DNA of 55,647 nt from a virus (lineage: Duplodnaviria; Caudoviricetes): positions 1 to 55,647 of the IMG/VR virus record IMGVR_UViG_3300037516_001048. One strand, written 5' to 3'. Positions 1-9,535 of the stretch are shown here, piece after piece. Each line of letters begins with the position of its first letter. Position 1 is the stretch's first letter. The notes beneath the pieces are model-generated. The model made no database searches. It was not told the DNA's origin and saw only the letters and a program-made list of their open reading frames with translations. Made by a program: the position numbers and the translations under genes.

Positions 1-575
1 GCAAATGAAAAGCTGGGAGATGCAGTGGTTCCAAGTTTACCAACGATACTGTTCGTGCTGGTTAAAGCTGTGGAGGTTAAACCGGCGACAACCACCCCAC
101 CCACCACAAAATCAATCGGACGCGCCACCCCATCCCCTGACTTGTTTGTTCCGATTTTCAGCGTGTTGTTGGTCCCTGATGTGATCCAATCAAATTCAGC
201 CCATTCCGGCGCACCACTGAGGTTGGTGTTATAGACCCGGAACGCCTGCTTGAGCACCCCGTTCCGCTGGGCTAGGATTCCGGGGGCGTCTTGCAATAGA
301 TTTGTGCCAGTCGCACCCAAAAGTGTCGAAGTGCTCGACCATGAAATACCAGCCGTGTCGATTAAATTAATGGCACGGGCAACTCCAAGGTAACCGGCTG
401 TTTGCAACGCGGCAGCACTGGTTGAAAATACGTTAGCTGTTGCGGTGTTGGTGACCCCTAAGCTATTAAACGTCGGCGCGTCCGTCTGGCCGAGGCCGAT
501 GGCGGTGCGGATTTGTAGCTTCTCGCTAGTCGTTGGTGGCGTTCCGGTTGGGATGTTTCCGATGTCGATTGCCAT
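1..575 (-). CDS. tail fibre / receptor-binding protein, N-terminal part (runs off left edge)
   Basis: Not in the ORF track; my translation from ATG 575 is open to the window edge: MAIDIGNIPTGTPPTTSEKLQIRTAIGLG...GTTASPSFSF. Gly/Thr/Ala-rich, lower GC, with a GxxAxPSxSF-like motif typical of fibres. Confidence 0.65.
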   Translation of the reverse strand, partial: MAIDIGNIPTGTPPTTSEKLQIRTAIGLGQTDAPTFNSLGVTNTATANVFSTSAAALQTAGYLGVARAINLIDTAGISWSSTSTLLGATGTNLLQDAPGILAQRNGVLKQAFRVYNTNLSGAPEWAEFDWITSGTNNTLKIGTNKSGDGVARPIDFVVGGVVVAGLTSTALTSTNSIVGKLGTTASPSFSF

Positions 576-579
576 AAAG

Positions 580-720
580 TTAGTTATACTGGATTGGGGT
601 GCCGTTGTAGGTTATGGCGACTCCGTTGTATTGGATGGCGGCGCTGGCGGCGGGGGCGGCCGCGGGTCTCCGGATGCCCCGGAACCGGACAGGCTTGATC
701 GTTGGGACTGATGGGATCAT
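580..720 (-). CDS. small 46-aa protein with IxYNG repeats (possible fibre-associated protein)
   Basis: MIPSVPTIKPVRFRGIRRPAAAPAASAAIQYNGVAITYNGTPIQYN*; ATGA overlap with the stop of the upstream gene. Confidence 0.6.
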   Translation of the reverse strand: MIPSVPTIKPVRFRGIRRPAAAPAASAAIQYNGVAITYNGTPIQYN

Positions 721-992
721 TGCACCAAGGCGCTAAAGGTGGCCGCAGTCCCGTTGGTCGCGGTCTTAACCATGTAAGCCCCCGTCAGCGGTAGCGTGAT
801 CGACTCACCAACCGCCAGCAGCAACCCGTCCGGGTCCACCGTCATCACCCCATCAACATTGACGCCACGGCCAGTCATCAGTCGCAGTCCCGCCCCTGAC
901 CCCGCATCCACACGGATGGTCAGATTCTGAGCCCCCGGCACTACGCCAATCACACGGGACGATGCGGCAGCAGTAGGCGTGGAGAGATTCAT
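717..992 (-). CDS. hypothetical virion protein (beta-rich)
   Basis: 91-aa ORF coupled to the downstream gene and preceded by the GGCAAAGTTG promoter motif. Confidence 0.65.
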   Translation of the reverse strand: MNLSTPTAAASSRVIGVVPGAQNLTIRVDAGSGAGLRLMTGRGVNVDGVMTVDPDGLLLAVGESITLPLTGAYMVKTATNGTAATFSALVQ

Positions 993-1010
993 ATCCCGCC
1001 ACTGTCCGCC

Positions 1011-1313
1011 TCATCCCCAGACACCGCAACTTTGCCTGTCCCCCATCTCCTCCCGTTTCCGCAACTCCTCCAAGAACAGGTCCCATTTCGGGGCCGGCAA
1101 CAGGATGACCCCCACCCGCAGCCCCAGACCCATAAATATCTCCCTCATCTTCCACGCATCCGAGTAGTCGCCCCTCTCCGTGTGCCGCACCGCGTAGTCC
1201 GAAACCCCGCATTCCTCCGCCAGTTCCAGCATGGTCATCCCAAGGACCTGCCGGACCTCGTAAATCCGGACGCCAATCAATCGCAGGTCTGCTTTAGTGA
1301 GGGTTTTTTTCAT
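1011..1313 (-). CDS. XRE-family HTH protein
   Basis: IGVRIYEVRQVLGMTMLELAEECGVSDYAVRHTERG matches the XRE HTH pattern. Confidence 0.75.
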   Translation of the reverse strand: MKKTLTKADLRLIGVRIYEVRQVLGMTMLELAEECGVSDYAVRHTERGDYSDAWKMREIFMGLGLRVGVILLPAPKWDLFLEELRKREEMGDRQSCGVWG

Positions 1314-3169
1314 GTGTAGGACATATCGCGTGAGCCCAAGTCAACATCGTCGTCATCCCATTCCGATTTCCCCCGCCGCACCGGAGCCATGACGTGGCCG
1401 GCATCCATCGTGGCCGCACCCAGCGCCAGCATGAACACCTGGTCATCGTGGAACCCCGCCATCGCCTCCGGTCGCCCGTTCTCCCGCACAATGAACCCAC
1501 CCAACTCACCAATCACCCCGTCGTCCAGTACCTCGATGCCGTCACCCACCTCAGTCAAAAGCCGCACCCGCCGGGCCAGTAACTCCAGCATCGCCGCCCG
1601 CGTGGCCACATCCGTCTTCCACCCATACACCGTCGCCGTAGTCTGCCTCACCCGATCCACCACCACCCGGCGGTACAAATTCACGTCCGGGTAGTTCGCC
1701 CGCAGGAGGACCGTCAGGCCCTTGTCCATATTGGTCTCAATCGTCACGGTCGCGCCACCATACCAAGCGGCCAACAACGCCGCCCGCTCCGTCAGGACCT
1801 CGATGTCCCACCGGCACACCGGCATCGATCGTTTATGCCGGCGCTCCGCCCAGCAATCAGCCAGCCGCGCCGCCAACATCAAAGGCCTCCATGCCGCCTC
1901 CCGGTCAAAATACCCGCCCCGCATGATCCCCGCCCCATGGTTATCCGGATCCGCTCCCACCAGCCCCGTGGCCCCCGTCATGGGGTCCACCGGCAAGTTA
2001 TACCGCAACCCCGGCAGCGGCCGCTCCCAGACCTTCAGAAATGCGTCATCCGGGGCCGTAGGAGCGAATACCGCCACCCGCCGGGAATCATTCGCCCAAC
2101 CCAGCACCCCATACTCCGGAACCGGTGCCTCCCGCGCCCGGCGACGCAACCCCTGCACCGAAGGAGCCGCGAAAAACCGCCGCCCCGATGTGAGGAAACA
2201 GGTATCTTCATCAGCCGGGTACTCCTGCTCGAAAACTTCAGCGTCGCCATCAAACCGCGGCGACTTCAGAATCTTCCGCCGCCAAGCCAGCCGCTCGACG
2301 GAGATATCCATCGCCATCAACTCAATCTCCCGGTCCCCAAGGCTGTCCAAAATCACGCTGCGGTCGTGCTCGCTGATATCGGCCAGCACATACTCAGGAT
2401 GCTGCCACCAAGGGTAAAACACCCGGAAGAACCCATTCCAATTCTCCGGGATCTTCCCCGCCGAGTGGTCCGCCAACGTGATCGCCCCCTGGTAAGTCGT
2501 GTAATAAACCCCGCCCGTCCCGTTCGGCGTGGACTCCACAATGATCAGCGTCCCCGATTCCTCCGGCACGCAGTTCAACAAGGCCGCGAACGTAGCCTTC
2601 CCCGAAATTACCGTGGTTTCCTTCCAATGCGCCACCTCCGTGCAGATCACACACTGCATGGTGCCCGATGCCCCCGCCCGTGGATCATTCGCCGTCTCCG
2701 TTACCAATTCGGAGCCGTGGCTGAACTTCCCGGAGCTCTTGGTGTAGGTATGCCCCCACCGAAACGAATCCTCAGCCGCGTAGTTGTCAAACATCGCCTC
2801 GCAGTTCGCGACGGACTTCTCGTACTCGTCCCCAATGATGCAGACCTTCACGCACGCCGCCTGTGCCATCTGGTACGCCGCCGCTATCGAGAACGTCGTG
2901 CTGCCCTGCTGCCGCCCCTTCAAGGTCACGATGCGGGCCGGTAGCGCCTTCACTCGACAATACCGGATGATCGCGTCAATCTCCGCCTGCATCCGGTTCA
3001 CCGCCAGGTCAGGAGCCTTCACCTTCTTCCTCTTCTTGTCCAAGATGCAGCCGTGAAGCTCAAACCAAACCGCCGGGCTCTCCCTCACCAATCCCGCTTC
3101 CACCTCCGCCTGCGTCGCCACTATCGACGGTGCTCCCGCTCCCTTGGTCCGCGACGGTGCTTTAGCCAT
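1310..3169 (-). CDS. terL: terminase large subunit
   Basis: LKGRQQGSTT Walker A, CTEVAHW Walker B, ESTPNG motif, C-terminal RNase H-like nuclease ending HDDQVFMLAL. Confidence 0.93.
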   Translation of the reverse strand: MAKAPSRTKGAGAPSIVATQAEVEAGLVRESPAVWFELHGCILDKKRKKVKAPDLAVNRMQAEIDAIIRYCRVKALPARIVTLKGRQQGSTTFSIAAAYQMAQAACVKVCIIGDEYEKSVANCEAMFDNYAAEDSFRWGHTYTKSSGKFSHGSELVTETANDPRAGASGTMQCVICTEVAHWKETTVISGKATFAALLNCVPEESGTLIIVESTPNGTGGVYYTTYQGAITLADHSAGKIPENWNGFFRVFYPWWQHPEYVLADISEHDRSVILDSLGDREIELMAMDISVERLAWRRKILKSPRFDGDAEVFEQEYPADEDTCFLTSGRRFFAAPSVQGLRRRAREAPVPEYGVLGWANDSRRVAVFAPTAPDDAFLKVWERPLPGLRYNLPVDPMTGATGLVGADPDNHGAGIMRGGYFDREAAWRPLMLAARLADCWAERRHKRSMPVCRWDIEVLTERAALLAAWYGGATVTIETNMDKGLTVLLRANYPDVNLYRRVVVDRVRQTTATVYGWKTDVATRAAMLELLARRVRLLTEVGDGIEVLDDGVIGELGGFIVRENGRPEAMAGFHDDQVFMLALGAATMDAGHVMAPVRRGKSEWDDDDVDLGSRDMSYT

Positions 3170-3171
3170 GG

Positions 3172-3612
3172 TTAATCAGACCGACGCTTCTTGGTGATCG
3201 CTCGATACTCCGCAACCTCCCGCGTCATCCCCTCCAACAGGGCCGCTGACTCCCGCCTTATACGCAGGAGCGTGGCCTGACGTGCCAACGCCGCGATGAC
3301 ACGCCCCTGAGCCTGCCCCGCCGCCGAGGAGGCCCGCGTGTCAATCTCATCACGGATCGAGACCAAGAAAAATGGCAGCAACTCAGCCGCTAATGGCACC
3401 GCCACCGGGATGTCATCCACGGAGTACACGACCACCGCCTGAATCCCGCCTTGATGCAGCGTGGCCATCAGCAGTACCCAGTTCTCCGGATTGAATGGAT
3501 CCACATCAACGAAGACCGGGGCCGGCGCGAAGTTTTGATGGTGCCCCCAATTCTGGCAGTACCCCACATGGGCAACGTGATCAGGGCCGCTGGCGTAAAT
3601 GACGTGGGTCAT
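3172..3612 (-). CDS. degenerate serine resolvase-like protein (catalytic residues apparently absent)
   Basis: VIY...VFVD...LMATLHQGGIQAVVVYSVDDI...LVSIRDEIDT..SAAGQ..RVIAALA follows the resolvase catalytic-domain pattern but lacks the RxS and DRLxR motifs; start at 3612 inferred. Confidence 0.55.
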   Translation of the reverse strand: MTHVIYASGPDHVAHVGYCQNWGHHQNFAPAPVFVDVDPFNPENWVLLMATLHQGGIQAVVVYSVDDIPVAVPLAAELLPFFLVSIRDEIDTRASSAAGQAQGRVIAALARQATLLRIRRESAALLEGMTREVAEYRAITKKRRSD

Positions 3613-3721
3613 AGCAGGGTGGCCGAAGGAACGGGCGAGCGAGGAAAATGACAAAAACCCCACCCAGCCCGTTCCCACAGGCCACGACCCCTCTACCTTA
3701 CGCGCACTTACGGCGCAAGGG

Positions 3722-4363
3722 CTATGATTGCGGCATCAATCCCTTCACGCGCTGAACCGTGCTGCCAGCTTTCCCCGTGAGTTTGGCAACGTGCCGGATG
3801 CTTTGCCCAGCCTTCAACAGCTTCACAACGTCCGCGTGCTTCTTGAGCGTCTCAGCCGGGCTCACCGTGCTGCCCAACTTGCGGCCCAGCACCACGCCCT
3901 TCCGCCGAGCCTCCGCCAGCCCACTGTTGATGCGCTCCCGTAGCGTGTCCGTCTCCGCCCGCGCCATCTCAGCCAGCAACGCCAGCATGATCGCCGCCGC
4001 CGGATTCCGCTTCCCGCTGGCCATCAGAGTCTCAATCCCCTGCGCGTGCCAGTAAAGGCTGACGCCCGCGGCCTCCAGTTGCTCGACAAGCGCATGAACG
4101 ATAGCCGGCCGACGGCTCAACCGGCTGACCTCATGCACCAGTACCTTCTTGATTCGCCCCGCCTCCACCAGTGCCTCGATGCGGGCCAGTCCCGGCCTGA
4201 CGTTGGCGCTGGCGCTGCCGGTGATGGTCTCTTCGATCACCTCGACGACCTCCCAGCCCTTGGCCGTGGCGACGGCTTTAAGGTCAGCCACCTGCCGGGC
4301 ATGGGCTTGTCGGTCGGTCGAGACGCGGACGAGGATGGCGACGGGGATTTGTTTGGGGGGCAT
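3722..4363 (-). CDS. small serine recombinase (resolvase/invertase) with C-terminal HTH
   Basis: VRVSTDRQ catalytic Ser motif, VHEVSRLSR, ERINSGLAEARRKGVVLGR, C-terminal HTH (SIRHVAKLTGKAGSTVQR). Confidence 0.93.
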   Translation of the reverse strand: MPPKQIPVAILVRVSTDRQAHARQVADLKAVATAKGWEVVEVIEETITGSASANVRPGLARIEALVEAGRIKKVLVHEVSRLSRRPAIVHALVEQLEAAGVSLYWHAQGIETLMASGKRNPAAAIMLALLAEMARAETDTLRERINSGLAEARRKGVVLGRKLGSTVSPAETLKKHADVVKLLKAGQSIRHVAKLTGKAGSTVQRVKGLMPQS

Positions 4364-4474
4364 TGAGGTAGATTCGTTGGAGTTGATAAATGGCGTAGGT
4401 CAGGGATTCAGGTGAGTCAGGCGTGTCCCAGGCATCAAGGACTTCGCGGATGGCGGTTCGTTCGGTGCTGGTCA

Positions 4475-4684
4475 TCAGTATTCAATGCCTCCCTCGCCGA
4501 GCGCCCTCTGCACAAGGTCCAATGCGTCCCTGTAGTTCACGGTCATCTTGACCGGCGGGCCGTAGCCGTCGCGACCGCCGACTTCGTGCAGGACCTCCCG
4601 CTTCGTCCGGCACCGGATGTTGTAGGTTTTGCCGCCATCGAAGAAGGCGACCCAGTAGGTGAGAGTTTTCATGTTGATGTGCAT
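4475..4684 (-). CDS. hypothetical protein
   Basis: 69-aa ORF in a tightly packed minus-strand cluster. Confidence 0.65.
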   Translation of the reverse strand: MHINMKTLTYWVAFFDGGKTYNIRCRTKREVLHEVGGRDGYGPPVKMTVNYRDALDLVQRALGEGGIEY

Positions 4685-4693
4685 ATTGTTGGT

Positions 4694-4942
4694 TCAGTCG
4701 ATGAAGGCGGCGTCAGGGCCGGTCAGTGCAGCCAGCGCCACCGCGAAGGCCGGGGGCATGGCCCAGAAGGGAGCATTCAGTGGCACGCCCGCCGGCCCTC
4801 CGGGAGGGATGATCGTCAGCAGGCGGAGGTTGTGGGGGTTGAACCGCGTGTACCCCTTGGCCCGCAGGCGCTCGATGGTGGCTCTGATGGCCAGCACAAG
4901 TGCCTCCATCCATTCCGGCGTGATCAGTGTCTTGGTCTTCAT
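4694..4942 (-). CDS. hypothetical protein, paralog of 9536..9787
   Basis: Shares AIRATI...GGP.G...ALAAL.G.DAAFI with 9536..9787; C/A-rich leader. Confidence 0.75.
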   Translation of the reverse strand: MKTKTLITPEWMEALVLAIRATIERLRAKGYTRFNPHNLRLLTIIPPGGPAGVPLNAPFWAMPPAFAVALAALTGPDAAFID

Positions 4943-4990
4943 GAGGTTGGTTGGTGGTGTTGGCCGGGGGGTTGAACCCCGGCGGGTTGA

Positions 4991-5515
4991 TTAGGCAGGG
5001 ATTGCGGCCATCAGGTCATCGATCCGAGCGAGGAGGAGGGCACGCTCACCAAGGTCAGCCGGCAGGCGCAGCGTGAAGAGGGCATCCTCGCCGGCACGCA
5101 TCAGTTGCGGGATCTTGAAGGCCCGGTAGCGCAGGACCTCAGGCAAGACAGTGTCAGCCGGCCCACCGCGTGCGGCGCGGAGCATCCCTCTCCATGTGGT
5201 CGCTGCCGCTTTCTCCTTGACCGCTTCAGCCGCTCTCTCCTCTTTCTCCTTTGCAGCGCGGGCGTTATCTTTCGCCAGCACTGCCTCCGCCTTGATGATC
5301 AGCTTCCGGAGTTTCGCCTTCGCCTGTTCGTAGGTCAATTCAGGCTTGAGTAAAACGAAGGGGGCCTTCATGTAGCCGTAGGTGACCTTGTGGTGGTCGC
5401 CCCAACCGATCCGGAGGGCTTTGAACTCAGGCAGTTCAATGAGATCGTGCGTGGCGGCAAAGTAGCCCATTGCGCCGAGGGTCGCGGGGGTGATGTCGGT
5501 TTCGGTGTTGTTCAT
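4991..5515 (-). CDS. hypothetical protein
   Basis: Start MNNTETDIT follows the leader CCAACCAGAAACCCAACACC; 174 aa. Confidence 0.7.
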   Translation of the reverse strand: MNNTETDITPATLGAMGYFAATHDLIELPEFKALRIGWGDHHKVTYGYMKAPFVLLKPELTYEQAKAKLRKLIIKAEAVLAKDNARAAKEKEERAAEAVKEKAAATTWRGMLRAARGGPADTVLPEVLRYRAFKIPQLMRAGEDALFTLRLPADLGERALLLARIDDLMAAIPA

Positions 5516-5543
5516 GGTGTTGGGTTTCTGGTTGGGGGTTGAG

Positions 5544-5756
5544 TTAAAGAGCGGCCATTGTGATCCGGGCGAGGGTGGGGGCACCGCCGTAGTAGTTCCG
5601 CAGACATTGGAGGGCTCCATCGTGTTCGCGGGCGAACCAGTAGTTCCCGGTGAGCCAGGCGTCCCGGATCAGCCCCTTGGCGTTCCTCCCGAAGTGAGTC
5701 CGGACGTAGATGAGGGCGGCGATGATATCGGGGGGGAGGGGTGGGGTGGTTTTCAT
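5544..5756 (-). CDS. small phage hypothetical protein
   Basis: GRNAKGLIRDAWLTGNY...LQCLRNYYG; preceded by a TTGCTT-N16-CATCTT promoter-like site. Confidence 0.65.
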   Translation of the reverse strand: MKTTPPLPPDIIAALIYVRTHFGRNAKGLIRDAWLTGNYWFAREHDGALQCLRNYYGGAPTLARITMAAL

Positions 5757-5878
5757 GGCACCACAAGATGCACGCTGTACCGAATTAAGCAACTGATTTC
5801 TCGCTTACACCTAAAGATAGTTCATCCGTCAGGATTCTACGGGGCCGGGGAGCAAAATCCGGCAGGGTGATTAATTGA

Positions 5879-6244
5879 CTACGCTTCCGTTGCCAGTGCC
5901 TGGCGCATCGCCTCCCGCGCCGCGGGGCTGGCCATCAGCCGGGTCATCGTCTCCGCGTCCGACTCCTGCTTGTCCTCTTTCGTAATGGTGCGCTGCACCG
6001 GCATCCCGAGGTTGTACGAGAGGTAAAGCTGGACAGCCGCGAGCCGGGTCCGGTGGTCCGGCACCGTCACGGATGAGTCGGAGCCGGTGCGGACGATGCT
6101 TGATGCCTCCATTAGGTCGGCGATGGCACGGGCGACGCGCTCCGGCGGGACCTCAGTGGCGAGAGTACTTAGGAGCCGCACCCCGATGTTGGAGGGGATC
6201 GCGGCCATTGCCAGTAGTGCCTTTTCTTTTGGTCGACCTGCCAT
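5879..6244 (-). CDS. possible terminase small subunit
   Basis: MAGRPK start, DHRTRLAAVQLYLSYNLGMP helix motif, upstream GGCAAAGTTG late motif; function is inferred. Confidence 0.4.
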   Translation of the reverse strand: MAGRPKEKALLAMAAIPSNIGVRLLSTLATEVPPERVARAIADLMEASSIVRTGSDSSVTVPDHRTRLAAVQLYLSYNLGMPVQRTITKEDKQESDAETMTRLMASPAAREAMRQALATEA

Positions 6245-6969
6245 TTTAGTTAGAGGAGCCGCGTTTTCGCCCCCCCTGTGTGCGTGCGCGTTTTCTGGTG
6301 CATGAATTCACGCCCACGCCGGCCTCCGGGTCAACTTTGCCGCCGACGCATAATGCAATAATATCCCCCGGCGGGAGGTTCCCTATCACTCACCTGAAAC
6401 GGCACCAAAACGGGGTCGGTTGTCCACGTTGATTTCCACGGTGGTGGAGTGGGGGAATGGGTGTTTATGGATTCTGCTGTTTTAGAGGCTCTGGGAGGGC
6501 GGGGTGGCTGGGGACATAGGATTGGGGGTTCTGACGGCGTGAGACGGCGTTTCTGGCTTCCTGTGAATGGATGGCGTCCATCTGACCGCGCCTCAGAGCA
6601 TAGGTTGGTGGGGGGGGGAGCTTGTGACCGAGGCTTGGCCGACGGGCAGAAGGGGTTGTAAGCCCCCCCTTATCAGGTAGGCACATACCCCCCCACCTAA
6701 TGCTCTGATGGTTTGGGTATAGGTATGTGTAACTCGTTGATAATAAACAATTAGAGTGGTGGAATGAGTGGTGTTGAGCTTCCATTATGCCGTGGTGTTT
6801 CTATTTTTGGGGTTTTTCTATACTGGGTAAGGGATTGACGCCAACTAACCATCTCTTAAAAGCCACGAACCAGCCCCTGTTTCCTTTTAATAGAATAATC
6901 CATTGACAAGGCATATTGGATGATTAAGTAACCGTAGGACGGCAGTTTACGCCCTCCCAACCCAATACT

Positions 6970-7836
6970 ATGACCACCCAAAACGACCCCGAGACCTATG
7001 CTGACGGCATGGATATCATCGACAAGATCATGAATGATGACGCCCAGCCTGAGTGGCGACGCCTCATCAACCGAGCTCTGATGGAGGCAGTGGCACGACG
7101 GGCGGCTGAGTTCCGGGTGAGTGAACTGGATGAATCTCACCTTGAGCGGATTCTGGGGATGGCCTGTTTCCCGCCCCCTATTTCGATTGAGACGGTGAGG
7201 GCTTTGGTGCCGGATGAGAAGCGGATCCAATGGGCTGATCTGGCGTCAACGCTACGGGACCTGTATCACCTGTCCACCTACGAGGTTGGGGACCATATCC
7301 GGCGGACTGTGAAGCTGGGGGCTCTGTATGTGGAGGAGCAGCAGGGGTTGAAATACCTGTGCCGGACCAACGTCACTGATGGGATTGACTGGTCAAGGAT
7401 GTGCGGGTACGGCCGGGCGAAGGGTCCTGATGTGGTGGCGAAGCTGACGGATATCCTTGTATGCAGCGATTCCAAGGCGTACCAGTTGATTGAGGCGGCG
7501 GTGGAGAAGGGTATCCTTGGCGAGCAGAAGAAGGGGCGGTCCCGGATACTCTGGGTGCAGCGAAAGGACGTGACGCGGCGGGACCCCGTATCGGAGCCGG
7601 TGCCGGGCGTTCCCGTTTCAGAGCCCGGTGATGGATCCTTCCCGGTGCAGAACCATGATGGCCTGCTCCCTCCGCCGGCCCCTGATCATCCACCGGAGTT
7701 CGCGGCCTGGTGGTCGGAGAATATGGCGACGTTGGGTCGGTTTGATTCCTACGATCCCGACCGGAGGGACGAACGGAAGGCCATCATCAAGAAGTGGGGC
7801 CGGGCCAACCAAGCCTTTGTGGACGCCAACCAGTAA
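6970..7836 (+). CDS. hypothetical protein (first gene of the plus-strand cluster)
   Basis: 288-aa ORF with a C/A-rich leader and upstream TTGACA at 6903. Confidence 0.75.
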   Translation: MTTQNDPETYADGMDIIDKIMNDDAQPEWRRLINRALMEAVARRAAEFRVSELDESHLERILGMACFPPPISIETVRALVPDEKRIQWADLASTLRDLYHLSTYEVGDHIRRTVKLGALYVEEQQGLKYLCRTNVTDGIDWSRMCGYGRAKGPDVVAKLTDILVCSDSKAYQLIEAAVEKGILGEQKKGRSRILWVQRKDVTRRDPVSEPVPGVPVSEPGDGSFPVQNHDGLLPPPAPDHPPEFAAWWSENMATLGRFDSYDPDRRDERKAIIKKWGRANQAFVDANQ

Positions 7837-7849
7837 CCCAACCACCACT

Positions 7850-8329
7850 ATGACACCAACTGAAAATCAGATCACCGCATCGCGCATCACCGCATCCACG
7901 GCCACCTACGATTCCCACCTCCAGAACCGCCACGAATACACGGAGGCGGTGATCGCCCACTGGGAATCCATCCGACCGAAGGACAACATCGATGCGGACA
8001 ACGCCGCACTCAGGTCGCAAATGGACGAGCTCATCGACCACCACACCCGGTCGATCATCGCCCACGAACGGGACGCGGAGTTGCTTAGGGCGGCGCTGGA
8101 TGACATGACCCGCCGATGTGTCCGATACTGGAATGCCGGCACGGAGGTGCATGGGGGGACCAAATTAGGGCCCATCCCGCCGCTGGCTGCAGAGGATCAT
8201 GAGCGGGATGCGATGAGCAAGGCGTACATGCTGTTCTGCCCTGATCGCCACCGGGGGGATTGGCAGGCATTCCAGAAGGGGTGGCAGGCCGCGAGAGCTT
8301 CGCAGGCCGCGAAGGAGGTGCAGCCATGA
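7850..8329 (+). CDS. hypothetical protein
   Basis: MTPTENQ start after a C/A-rich leader; ATGA coupling to the next gene. Confidence 0.7.
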   Translation: MTPTENQITASRITASTATYDSHLQNRHEYTEAVIAHWESIRPKDNIDADNAALRSQMDELIDHHTRSIIAHERDAELLRAALDDMTRRCVRYWNAGTEVHGGTKLGPIPPLAAEDHERDAMSKAYMLFCPDRHRGDWQAFQKGWQAARASQAAKEVQP

Positions 8330-8559
8330 GTTCTCCAATCGACCACGGCGGGCTAGCCTTTCCCAGCAGCGACGGATATGGACATGTGTTCCCCGGAATG
8401 ACCCGGCGTGACCATTTTGCTGGACAGGCGCTGACTGGCATTCTGGCAGCTTCCGGGGATGGCGGTGGGTTCTCTCATTTCGACATCAAAGAGGTGGCCA
8501 ACAGGTCATGGAAAATGGCAGATGCCATGATCGCCGCCAGGAACGAGGCGCAGCCATGA
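8326..8559 (+). CDS. conserved phage protein (GGxAFP...GMTxRDxFA family)
   Basis: HGGLAFP...GMTRRDHFAGQAL...MADAMIAAR, a widespread phage small-protein signature. Confidence 0.85.
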   Translation: MSSPIDHGGLAFPSSDGYGHVFPGMTRRDHFAGQALTGILAASGDGGGFSHFDIKEVANRSWKMADAMIAARNEAQP

Positions 8560-8867
8560 TGATCCTACCCAGGAAGAAATCGGCGAGCAAACAGGCCAGG
8601 GAACGCGCTATCCTGAAGGCCAAGAACATTGCGGCCGGCACCGTGACGGCGGAGCTCCAGAGTGCGGAGGACGTCCGCAGCTACTACCGTGTGAGCAGGC
8701 CAAGGAAGGAGGAGCCGACGACGGCGAGGGATGGCCCGGCGATCTTCACGTTGGAGACGAGGGTATGGCACTGGTCGCCGGAGGATCAGGCGGAGGTGGA
8801 TAGGATCGTTGGCAAGGCCCCACAAATAGCAAGAAGAGTGTTGCATAACTCAGCTTACGGCGTATGA
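8556..8867 (+). CDS. hypothetical protein
   Basis: ATGA-coupled ORF, 103 aa. Confidence 0.6.
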   Translation: MMILPRKKSASKQARERAILKAKNIAAGTVTAELQSAEDVRSYYRVSRPRKEEPTTARDGPAIFTLETRVWHWSPEDQAEVDRIVGKAPQIARRVLHNSAYGV

Positions 8868-8868
8868 T
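8841..8868 (+). promoter_or_regulatory. sigma70-like early promoter TTGCAT-N16-TATGAT
   Basis: Similar sites at 9488-9515 (+, TTGCAT-N16-TACCAT) and 55590-55618 (-); all contain CTTACG. Confidence 0.6.
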
Positions 8869-8890
8869 TGGGTTGTAACCAACCAAGCCC

Positions 8891-9166
8891 ATGGACACCA
8901 CCACCAAAACCCCACCAACTGCGGCTCACAAAGCCGCCCTGACTGAGCTCAGGGCGGCATATGAGGCCTTGAATGCCCTCACTGTGCAAGAGACGGCGGA
9001 CGCTGAGTTTGCCGCAGTTGAGGCCACCGTAGCCGCCGCCGACGCTGAAGTCGAGTTCCATGAGGCTAAGGCCCGCTGGGATGAGGCCGAGTTCCTGAAG
9101 GCGACAGCGTTGGTCGCATGGAACTGGCACAAAACCAACTATCATTTACCAAGACCGGCTCCGTAA
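8891..9166 (+). CDS. hypothetical protein
   Basis: 91-aa Ala-rich ORF after the promoter; stop lies within a 17-bp palindrome. Confidence 0.7.
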   Translation: MDTTTKTPPTAAHKAALTELRAAYEALNALTVQETADAEFAAVEATVAAADAEVEFHEAKARWDEAEFLKATALVAWNWHKTNYHLPRPAP

Positions 9167-9190
9167 AGGGGCCACAACCACCCCAACACT

Positions 9191-9445
9191 ATGACAACCA
9201 TGATCACCAACTACCTGAGCGAGGAACATATGACCAGTCTCATTGAGCGGGTCACGAAATTGCGGGACGGCCGCAAGCTTACCGGGGGCGCGAAGGCTCC
9301 CTACTGCGTGATCGTAGACGGCGGACAGCACCGGTTCCGTGCGGTCACGGGACTGCGGAAGTTCCTTGAGGGCTGCACATTCCCCGACAGCTACAAGATG
9401 TTCAGGAACGCTTACGGAGGCGTTACCATCGATCTGGACACTTAG
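9191..9445 (+). CDS. hypothetical protein
   Basis: 84-aa ORF between palindromic repeats. Confidence 0.7.
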   Translation: MTTMITNYLSEEHMTSLIERVTKLRDGRKLTGGAKAPYCVIVDGGQHRFRAVTGLRKFLEGCTFPDSYKMFRNAYGGVTIDLDT

Positions 9446-9487
9446 CCCACCGGCCCCGTAACGGTGACAGAAACATGGAACATACGG

Positions 9488-9515
9488 TTGCATAATTCTT
9501 CTTACGTCATACCAT
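9488..9515 (+). promoter_or_regulatory. sigma70-like early promoter TTGCAT-N16-TACCAT
   Basis: Matches the 8841 promoter in spacing and in the internal CTTACG. Confidence 0.55.
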
Positions 9516-9535
9516 TAAGCGTAACCCACACCACC

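Noticed and set aside
3722-4363. Invertible tail-fibre segment (Gin/Cin-like) driven by the resolvase
   Set aside because: I could not find inverted crossover sites flanking fibre genes in the window.
4284-4475. 63-aa ORF overlapping the resolvase start
   Set aside because: Plausible N-terminus but an 80-bp overlap and no motif; left uncalled.
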